DNA of 64,000 nt from Verrucomicrobiota bacterium. GTDB lineage: Bacteria; Verrucomicrobiota; Verrucomicrobiia; Verrucomicrobiales; V1-33. Positions within the stretch are counted from its first letter, which is position 1. Every line of letters begins with the position of its first letter. Of this stretch, positions 10,001 to 16,761 are shown piece by piece. The DNA is taken from NCBI GenBank assembly GCA_040386695.1, contig JAZKFB010000009.1, positions 47,436-111,435 on the forward strand. Direction: 5' to 3'. The position numbers were made by a program, and so were the translations under genes. The notes beneath the pieces are model-generated. The model did not search any database and was not told where the DNA came from. It was given only the letters and a program-made list of their open reading frames with translations.

Positions 10001-10241
10001 ACTCAGTCGATCAGCATCCAGGGATCTGCGGGCCATTGATCGGAAATGGATTCCCAGAATCCTCCTGGCTGTGGAGGCGCTCGCCAGGGATCCCCGGCCT
10101 GATGGGTGCCGGAAACTGGTTGGCTCGGCACACACTTACCGGATACGAATTGGAGATTACCGTGTGATTTACGACATTCAGGACAATGTATTGGCCGTGC
10201 TCGTCGTAAAAATCCGCCCTCGCGGCGATGCCTATCGCTAG
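9981..10241 (+). CDS. RelE/ParE family toxin
   Basis: 86 aa. ..LARDPRPDGCRKLVGSAHTYRIRIGDYRVIYDIQDNVLAVLVVKIRPRGDAY matches the YRxRxGDYRxxY...R..xY RelE/ParE core. Confidence 0.88.
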   Translation: MASYQVELSRSASRDLRAIDRKWIPRILLAVEALARDPRPDGCRKLVGSAHTYRIRIGDYRVIYDIQDNVLAVLVVKIRPRGDAYR

Positions 10242-10338
10242 CCTTTCAGGATTCGGCCGGTATTTCACCGATAACTCCCAACGAATTCCAGACCGGCATT
10301 TTTTCAACCTCCGCATTCCCCAACCCAGCAACCCACCC

Positions 10339-11319
10339 ATGAAACGCACCGCTCTCCTCCGCCTCATCACTCTCTGCGCCCCCGCGCTTCTCTTCAGCTG
10401 CAAGCCCGCCGCCAGCGGCCCGGGCGCGGGCCAGGCCACCGGCAGCGGCGGCAAAGTCATCGGCTTCAGCCAGAGCAACGCCTCTGAAAACGCCTGGCGC
10501 ACCGCCGAGACGCAGTCCATCCTGACGGAAGGCAAAACGCGCGGTTTTGAAGTGAAACTCGCCGATGCCCAGGGCGACCAGACCAAGCAGATCGCCGCGC
10601 TGAAGGACTTTATCGCCCAGGGCGTCAGCGCCATTATTCTCTCGCCAAAAACCACCGACGGCTGGGAGCCGGTGCTGAAGGAAGTGAAAGCCGCCGGCAT
10701 TCCCGTGATCCTCGTGGACCGCGGGGTCTCCGCCGATCCCTCCCTCTACGCCACTTTGATCGCCTCCGATTTTGTGGCCGAAGGCCGCATGGCCGGCGAA
10801 TGGCTCGTGAAACAGACCGGCGGCGCCGGCGGCGTCATTCAGCTGGAGGGCAGCGCCGGGGCGGACCCCGCCATTGAACGCCGCAAAGGCTTTGAGGAGG
10901 CCCTCGCCGCCGCGCCCGGACTCAAAATTCTCGCCAGCCAGAGCGGCGACTTCAACCGCGGCAAAGGCAAACAGGTCATGGAGGCCATGATCAAAGCCCA
11001 GGGCAAAGCCATCACCGCCGTGTACGCCCACAACGACGAGATGGCCCTCGGAGCCATCGAAGCCTTGAAAGAAGCAGGCATGAATCCGGGGAAGGACGTC
11101 CAGGTGGTCAGCATCGACGGCATCGGCGACGCCTTCAAAGCCCTTGAGGCCGGCACCCTGAACTGCACCGTGGAATGCAGCCCCATCCTCGGCGGCATGG
11201 CTTTCGACGCCGTCGAAAAAATCGCCAAGGGTGAGGCTCCGGAGAAAAAAACCATCGTTCAGGACCGCCTCTTCGACGCCGGCAGCTTCAAAGCCGAAAT
11301 GCCGAACCGGAAGTACTGA
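10339..11319 (+). CDS. ytfQ: galactofuranose-type ABC substrate-binding lipoprotein
   Basis: Lipobox LLFSC. Near-colinear with E. coli YtfQ as I remember it: GFSQ..SE..WR.AET, ADAQGDQ.KQI.A...F.AQGV.AI, GWEPVLKE.KAAGIPV.LVDR, SQSGDF.R.KGK.VME..IKA, VYAHNDEMA.GAI.A.KEAG..PGKD, SIDG. Confidence 0.92.
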   Translation: MKRTALLRLITLCAPALLFSCKPAASGPGAGQATGSGGKVIGFSQSNASENAWRTAETQSILTEGKTRGFEVKLADAQGDQTKQIAALKDFIAQGVSAIILSPKTTDGWEPVLKEVKAAGIPVILVDRGVSADPSLYATLIASDFVAEGRMAGEWLVKQTGGAGGVIQLEGSAGADPAIERRKGFEEALAAAPGLKILASQSGDFNRGKGKQVMEAMIKAQGKAITAVYAHNDEMALGAIEALKEAGMNPGKDVQVVSIDGIGDAFKALEAGTLNCTVECSPILGGMAFDAVEKIAKGEAPEKKTIVQDRLFDAGSFKAEMPNRKY

Positions 11320-11335
11320 GATTCCGGGAAGCGGG

Positions 11336-11382
11336 CCACGGACGGCATGGATAAAAACGGATTGTGTCCGTCCCGTCCGTGG
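11336..11382 (+). terminator. 10-bp-stem hairpin after ytfQ (terminator-like)
   Basis: CCACGGACGG (11336-11345) pairs perfectly with CCGTCCGTGG (11373-11382), and a pyrimidine-rich TTCCTCTTCCCTCTT follows. The loop is large (27 nt), so confidence is low. It swallows the ATG at 11347, which argues for a later pgeF start. Confidence 0.3.
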
Positions 11383-11397
11383 TTCCTCTTCCCTCTT

Positions 11398-12069
11398 ATG
11401 AATCCGCCTGTTGAGGACGTGATGGAAAATTTCCCGGCGCTGCGGCTGCCGGGAGTGGCCCATGGATTTGTGGGGCGCGTGCCCGGGCTGAGCCTGAGTC
11501 CGGACAAGGCGGAGGGGCTCGCGCGGTTGCGGCCCTGGCACGGGGCCGCGCAACGGGCACTGGGATTCCCGGAGGACAAAGTTTTCACCGCCGAACAGAT
11601 CCACGGCGGGGAAACCGCGCGCATCACCTCCACCTCGCCGCGCTGGACACCGGGCGTGGACGGCCTGATGACGGACGAGCCGGGCCTGCTGCTGGGCATT
11701 CACACCGCCGACTGCGCTCCGGTTTTCATCGTTGATCCCGTCCGCCGGGCCGTCGCTCTCCTGCACAGCGGGCGCAAAAGCACGGAGGCCGGCATCACGC
11801 CGCGGGCCATCGGACTGATGGCGGAGGCCTACGGCTCACGGCCATCGGACCTGATCGTGCAGATCGCTCCCTGCATCCGCCCGCCGCTTTTTGAAATCGA
11901 CATCGCGGCCATCATCCGCCGCGGTGCCATCGCCGCCGGAGTGCCCTCCGGCCAGGTTCACGACTGCGGCATCTGCACCGGGGCGCAGGTGGACCGTTAT
12001 TATTCCTACCGGGTGGAAAAAGGCCGGACCGGCCGTCTCCTGGCGCTGCTGGGCCTGCTGCCGCAGTGA
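11398..12069 (+). CDS. pgeF: peptidoglycan editing factor / laccase-domain protein (YfiH, DUF152)
   Basis: GVAHGF..R, QIHG, VDGLMTDEPGLLLGIHTADCAPVF, ALLHSGRKS, YSYRVEKG.TGR match YfiH family blocks. Start is uncertain (11347, 11398 or 11422). Confidence 0.85.
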   Translation: MNPPVEDVMENFPALRLPGVAHGFVGRVPGLSLSPDKAEGLARLRPWHGAAQRALGFPEDKVFTAEQIHGGETARITSTSPRWTPGVDGLMTDEPGLLLGIHTADCAPVFIVDPVRRAVALLHSGRKSTEAGITPRAIGLMAEAYGSRPSDLIVQIAPCIRPPLFEIDIAAIIRRGAIAAGVPSGQVHDCGICTGAQVDRYYSYRVEKGRTGRLLALLGLLPQ

Positions 12070-12131
12070 CCGGGGGATGGCCGTTTTTGGAACCGGAACC
12101 GGAGCCGGGCCGGGAGCGGCCGGAGCCATTT

Positions 12132-13427
12132 TCAGGCCGCGCGGCGGAAGCGGGCGGGCAGGCGGGGAATGCGCAGGGATTTGGCGGAGAGAACGAGGGC
12201 GGCAAAGAGAACCGTCTGGGTGGCGAGGACGGCGGGCCACTTCAGCCAAGGCGGGAAGGAAAAAAGATCCGGCACCACGGCGGCGGCCTCCTGGGTGAGC
12301 CGCAGGAAGTGCGCCCCCACGGAATCGGAGCTGGCCGTGACGTGGCACAGCGCCATCAGCAGCGCGGCGCTGAGGAGGGAGCCCAGCCAGAGTTTTTTCC
12401 CGGGCCGCCACGCCGGATCGCGGGCCATGAGAATCACCCAGCCGGGAGCATTCACAAAAAACACGGCCACCACCTGCTGGTTCAGGGGAAAAGTCAGCTC
12501 CATCAGCCACTCCACCGAGCCATGCAGCGCCACCAGGGCCATGCCCACCGCCAGCGCGGCCCGGCGGTCGATGAGGGCCAGGAAAGCGAACATCTCCAGA
12601 AAGAAGCCGCCGCCGAAAATCCACCGCGCCAGCACCGGATGCCGGCTCAGCCAGTCGGCGGGCGCGGGAATCGGATGGCGGTAGCGGTCCGTCGCCGGAT
12701 CCGGGGGATTGGCCGCGGCCGGCGGCACGCCCTGGATAAAGACGGGATCCAGCCTGTTGTAATAATTCTGCCGGTGCGTTTTGACGATTTCCGTGGCGAG
12801 ATACGGCGAATTTTTCAGCCACCTGCCGTTGGACGCGCTGATCTTGGAGCACACCGCCACGAGGTAGGCGGCGGCGGCGATGGCGATGGTGTAGGTCCAG
12901 ATCCACGTCCAGTTTCCCGGCCCCGCCCAGGCGGGAAGCGGGCGTTTCCGCAGCCGGGACGACAGCCTCACCGCCGCCAGCAGCCACACCACCAGCGTCT
13001 GCGTGAGCAGCGCCAGGCTGAGCATTTGAAATCCGTGATGCGTGGCCCCCTGCGAATTATTCAGCGTCCGGGCGCCGATATGCACCAGCGTCACCACCGG
13101 CAGCGCCAGGGAAAGCCCCACGCCGGCGGTGTAGAAAATCAGGGCCACCCGTGTCCACAGCAGGCATTTTCCCCAGAACACCGGATCCGTCAGGCGGCTG
13201 AGATCCCAGCCCAGCCACTCCCACAGCGCCGGCCAGGCGGCCAGCCCCACCGGCCGGGGCAGGTCCGGATAGGAGGGGGTGAAATCGAGGCTGCACCACA
13301 CCACCATGGCAAACAGCGCGCGCAGAAAAAATCCCTCCAGCCGCCCCGCGTCCCTCAGTCCCGTGCCGCCCAGCAGCGCCGCGCGCCAGCCGCGCGTCCG
13401 CCAGTCCCCGATCAGTGATGACATCAT
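12132..13427 (-). CDS. polytopic membrane protein, function unknown
   Basis: Start taken at ATGATG 13427 (MMSSLIGDW...), 1 nt after the upstream stop. About 10 hydrophobic segments, Trp-rich loops. The 36 residues upstream in the track ORF are Arg/Cys-rich and overlap the previous gene. Confidence 0.65.
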   Translation of the reverse strand: MMSSLIGDWRTRGWRAALLGGTGLRDAGRLEGFFLRALFAMVVWCSLDFTPSYPDLPRPVGLAAWPALWEWLGWDLSRLTDPVFWGKCLLWTRVALIFYTAGVGLSLALPVVTLVHIGARTLNNSQGATHHGFQMLSLALLTQTLVVWLLAAVRLSSRLRKRPLPAWAGPGNWTWIWTYTIAIAAAAYLVAVCSKISASNGRWLKNSPYLATEIVKTHRQNYYNRLDPVFIQGVPPAAANPPDPATDRYRHPIPAPADWLSRHPVLARWIFGGGFFLEMFAFLALIDRRAALAVGMALVALHGSVEWLMELTFPLNQQVVAVFFVNAPGWVILMARDPAWRPGKKLWLGSLLSAALLMALCHVTASSDSVGAHFLRLTQEAAAVVPDLFSFPPWLKWPAVLATQTVLFAALVLSAKSLRIPRLPARFRRAA

Positions 13428-13428
13428 T

Positions 13429-14004
13429 TCAGTTCTCCGCCTCCTTCTCAAAAACCTCGCGGTATCCCTGCTCCGAGGGCAGAATGTCCCCCCGCCACAA
13501 CTGCACGCGGTCGGGCAGCGGGGTGCCCTTGGCATGGGACTGTTTCACAAATCCATTCAGCACCTCCTTCGCGAACCCCTTGCGGATGTCCGCCGGAACC
13601 TGCGATTTCCCGCCAAGACCGTTCGCGCGGGTCCATTCCCGGAGCAGCGTGTTCAGCCGCTTTTTCAGCTTCGGCGCGGTGTCCCCCGCCATCTCCGCCA
13701 CCGGCAGCGGGTTGCCCTCCGCGTCCGTCAGAAAATAATACTCCACCGGTTTGGGACCCGGATTCCCATACATCGGGAAGTGGGAGAACGGGTAATGCTC
13801 GCCAATCTTCACCGAAGCCCAGGTCACGGCGATGATGAACACCGCCAGCCAGACATACCGCTCCGACGGCCGCCACCAAGCGTGCGCCGATGGGCAGCGG
13901 GTCACGGTCTCAGCTTCCATGCCGCCCATCGTGGGCAGCACCGCGGCCGGCGCAAGGATGATTTTGAAACCTGTCAGACCCCGGCGGGAAGGACGGTCAT
14001 TCAA
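13429..14004 (-). CDS. single-pass membrane protein, function unknown
   Basis: 191 aa. One TM (YVWLAVFIIAVTWASV) then a soluble domain GEHYPFSHFPMYGNPGPKPVEYYFLTDAEGNPLP... Stop TGA 13431-13429 abuts the next ATG (13427). The start could be an internal Met. Confidence 0.6.
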   Translation of the reverse strand: MNDRPSRRGLTGFKIILAPAAVLPTMGGMEAETVTRCPSAHAWWRPSERYVWLAVFIIAVTWASVKIGEHYPFSHFPMYGNPGPKPVEYYFLTDAEGNPLPVAEMAGDTAPKLKKRLNTLLREWTRANGLGGKSQVPADIRKGFAKEVLNGFVKQSHAKGTPLPDRVQLWRGDILPSEQGYREVFEKEAEN

Positions 14005-14236
14005 CCGCCTCAGCCTCTCCCGGGCTTCAAAAACATTTGTCCCTGTGTGTTTAGCGTCAATTTAACACTGTTCATACAGCAGGATCACGGCGTTTGACGG
14101 CTGCGCGGGGACCGGATGATTTCTTTGTTGCGCCACCGGGCTCAGAGCATTACAGATCCCGCCCCGCAGCCGGGGAGTGCCGTATCCCGGCGAAAATCCC
14201 CGACTGTCGCCCCCCAACCTTCCGCCGTCCGACTTC

Positions 14237-14890
14237 ATGCCCAGCAAAGGAACCTCCAGCAAACCGGCTTCGGCCGACTCCTCTCCGGCTCCGGCCAAGG
14301 AAAAGTCCCCCGCGAAGAAAAAATCCGCCGCGAAGGACGAAGCTCCACCCGTGAAGGCCGCCCCCGCCAAACCGGCTCCCGCCCCCATTTCCGATGAGCC
14401 CGCCGAGGGCGAGATCAAGCACTCGGTGTTCATGAAGATCTCCAAGCAGAAGCTCCTGGATCTCAAGGACTCCCTCATGGACTCCATGACCGGCATGGCC
14501 AACGAGACCCTGCGCTCCAAAGCCGAGGGCAGCGAGGCCAGCGCCTTCGGCATGCACCAGGCGGACGCCGGCACCGACGCCTACGACCGCGACTTCGCCC
14601 TCAGCCTGCTTTCCCAGGAACAGGACGCCCTTTACGAAATCGAGGAAGCCCTCAAACGCGTGGAGGCCGGCACCTACGGCATCTGCGAAATGTCCGGAAA
14701 GCGCATCCCCCAGGCCCGCCTGGAGGCCCTGCCCTTCGCCCGCTTCACCATCGAATGCCAGCAGCAGTACGAAAAAGAGGTCGGCCCCAACAGCTCCCGC
14801 CGCCAGGTCCGCTCCCTCTTCGGCCTCATGGGCTCGGAGGACGAGGATGAGGATGGTGACGAAGAATCAGTTGAATCTGAAAAAGACTGA
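14237..14890 (+). CDS. DksA/TraR-family protein with incomplete Cys4 zinc finger, basic N-tail and acidic C-tail
   Basis: Core ..DAYDRDFALSLLSQEQDALYEIEEALKRVEAGTYGICEMSGKRIPQARLEALPFARFTIECQ aligns with the DksA coiled-coil tip and finger. Finger positions read C..S / T..C. N-terminus is KPAKKKSAAK/AP-rich and C-terminus is EDEDEDGDEE. ATG 14237 is chosen over the track start 14177. Confidence 0.8.
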   Translation: MPSKGTSSKPASADSSPAPAKEKSPAKKKSAAKDEAPPVKAAPAKPAPAPISDEPAEGEIKHSVFMKISKQKLLDLKDSLMDSMTGMANETLRSKAEGSEASAFGMHQADAGTDAYDRDFALSLLSQEQDALYEIEEALKRVEAGTYGICEMSGKRIPQARLEALPFARFTIECQQQYEKEVGPNSSRRQVRSLFGLMGSEDEDEDGDEESVESEKD

Positions 14891-14931
14891 GATAAACTCC
14901 GCCCTCCCAAGTTCGAAATTTTAAAAAAATC

Positions 14932-15105
14932 ATGCCACGCGATATCATTATCCTCGAATGCACCGAGGCCCGTGCCGAAGGAGGCACCCCTTCCCGCTAC
15001 GTCACCACCCGCAACAAAAAGAGCGTGCGCACGCCCGGCCGTCTTGAGAAGGTGAAATTCAATCCCTTCCTGAAGCGCCGCACCAAACACCGGGAAATCC
15101 GCTGA
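14932..15105 (+). CDS. rpmG: 50S ribosomal protein L33 (Cys-poor form)
   Basis: Not in the ORF track (57 aa). [57 protein letters not shown] has the L33 blocks Y.T.KNK and K..P....H.E. Only one of the four Cys of zinc-binding L33 is present. Confidence 0.88.
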   Translation: MPRDIIILECTEARAEGGTPSRYVTTRNKKSVRTPGRLEKVKFNPFLKRRTKHREIR

Positions 15106-15148
15106 TCGGGATCCGCCGTCCAACCTTTTTTTGGAATAACAAGCTATC

Positions 15149-15388
15149 ATGCAACCGAAGACCACGCAGCGCCTCATCAATTTCCGCAAGCATAACAAGC
15201 GCATGCCGCGCCGCCGTTATGACATCAAGGTGGAGATGGTGGACTACAAGCAGCCCGAATACCTCGCGAAATTCACCACCGAGACCGGCAAAATCCTTCC
15301 CCGCCGCCTCACCGGCATCACCGCCTGGCTCCACCGCAAGCTGACCCGCGAGATCAAGCGCTCCCGGAGCGTGAATCTCATGCGCTAG
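15149..15388 (+). CDS. rpsR: 30S ribosomal protein S18
   Basis: 79 aa. ..VDYKQPEYLAKFTTETGKILPRRLTGITAWLHRKLTREIKRSR matches the S18 core (IDYKD..L..fI.e.GKI.prR.TG....QR.l..AIKrAR). No Cys. Confidence 0.9.
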   Translation: MQPKTTQRLINFRKHNKRMPRRRYDIKVEMVDYKQPEYLAKFTTETGKILPRRLTGITAWLHRKLTREIKRSRSVNLMR

Positions 15389-15416
15389 CCGCCGTTCCGT
15401 TCCGGCGGGTCTTTTT
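15389..15416 (+). terminator. rho-independent terminator after rpsR
   Basis: CCGCCG (15389-15394), loop TTCCGTTC, CGGCGG (15403-15408), then GTCTTTTT. It begins right at the TAG stop. Confidence 0.75.
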
Positions 15417-15540
15417 GCCCGGCGGACAGACCGGTCAGTGACGGCGGAAGCGTTTTCCTTTTCGAAATCCGGAAACCCGGCCCCGTCACGCGAAACCGCG
15501 TTATTCAGTTGGCCACGCCTTGGCCAAAAATCATTTCCGC

Positions 15541-15576
15541 TCAGGGGCGTATTTTCATGCGCCCCTGATTCGTTTT
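15541..15576 (+). terminator. second, orphan terminator-like hairpin in rpsR-folE2 spacer
   Basis: TCAGGGGCG (15541-15549) pairs perfectly with CGCCCCTGA (15560-15568), 10-nt AT-rich loop, followed by TTCGTTTT. Confidence 0.55.
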
Positions 15577-15772
15577 CCGGAAACGTCTTCCGGATCCACT
15601 CCTCCGCCAGCGGCGCGGAAGCCCGGCCCGCCTGAACGGAACCGGAAAACGCGGCGCGCCAGAGCTTTCCGGAACCTTCCGCTGAATCCCTCCAGGAACG
15701 CGGTTTTAAAAAATTCCGGCACGGCAAAGGCATCAGGCGGACGGTCCCGTCCCCTCCGGCCCCGGCCCTTTC

Positions 15773-16552
15773 ATGAACCCCCTCGAAGACACTCAAAGCC
15801 AGCAGGACACCCGTCAGGTCCCCATCCAGCGCGTGGGCATCCGCGGCTTGAGATACCCCATCACCGTCCTCCGCCCGGGCGGCGCGCCAGTCCCCACCGT
15901 GGCCAGCGCCACCCTGCTGGCCAGTCTCGCGGCCACGGAGCGCGGAACCCACATGAGCCGGTTCGCGGTCCTCATGCACACGCACCGGGACCGCATTGAT
16001 CCCCGGAACCTGCTGGAAATGGCGGAACAACTCCGCGCCAGCCTCCAGGCGGACGCCGCCCAGATCGTGCTGACCTTCCCGTGGTTTGTGGAAAAAGCGG
16101 CTCCCGTCACCGGCCAGCCCGGCATGGTGGATTACCAGGTCACCTGGGACGCCACCGTCAGCTCCGCCGGCATCAGATTCCTGACCACGGTGGTCGTGCC
16201 CATCGCCACCGTCTGCCCCTGCTCCAAAGCCATCAGCGACCGCGGCGCGCACAACCAGCGGGGCGAACTCACCCTGACCATCGCCAGCGCCACGCCTCCC
16301 TGGCCCGACGATGTCATCCGCATCGCCGAAGCCAGCGCCAGCTGCGAGCTTTACAGCGTCCTGAAGCGCCCCGACGAGAAATTCGTCACCGAGCGCGCCT
16401 ACGATTCCCCGTCCTTTGTCGAGGACGTCGTGCGCCAGGCCGCCCTCGGTCTGCGCGCCCTGCCGGGCATCGAATCCTTCCGCGCCCAGGCCGAAAACTT
16501 TGAAAGCATCCACAGCCACAACGCCTTCGCCATGGTGGAGGAAGGCTGGTGA
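15773..16552 (+). CDS. folE2: GTP cyclohydrolase I type 2 (GTP cyclohydrolase IB)
   Basis: 259 aa. IQRVGIRGLRYPI, GTHMSRF, VCPCSKAIS..GAHNQRG are FolE2/MptA family blocks. Confidence 0.9.
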   Translation: MNPLEDTQSQQDTRQVPIQRVGIRGLRYPITVLRPGGAPVPTVASATLLASLAATERGTHMSRFAVLMHTHRDRIDPRNLLEMAEQLRASLQADAAQIVLTFPWFVEKAAPVTGQPGMVDYQVTWDATVSSAGIRFLTTVVVPIATVCPCSKAISDRGAHNQRGELTLTIASATPPWPDDVIRIAEASASCELYSVLKRPDEKFVTERAYDSPSFVEDVVRQAALGLRALPGIESFRAQAENFESIHSHNAFAMVEEGW

Positions 16553-16761
16553 AACCGGGACTTTTATTTTTACCCGGCTGCGTTGCGCCTCTGTAATCCG
16601 GCAGAGGGATAACAGCGCCGGTCGTTTTCTTTACGCCAACGGCGTTGAGCCCCTCAGCCTAGGGTTGCCGAGGAAGGAGGCCACCCCAGTTTGGCACCGC
16701 AAACCCTTGAACCGCAACGCGGTTCCGGCCTTGATCCAATGTGTCAGCGGGTCTGAATCCG

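Noticed and set aside
11347-11397. ATG 11347 as the pgeF start
   Set aside because: It lies inside the loop of the 10-bp-stem hairpin that follows ytfQ, and it adds a Cys/Trp/Phe-rich peptide not seen in YfiH proteins. A later start (11398 or 11422) is preferred.
14005-14236. A recognisable Zur/Fur box upstream of the DksA-like/L33/S18 block (also checked at 14891-14931, 15106-15148 and 15577-15772)
   Set aside because: I found no 7-1-7 or 9-1-9 AT-rich Fur-family palindrome by eye, only the 7-8-7 repeat reported as a low-interest finding. The zinc-regulation idea therefore rests on gene content alone.
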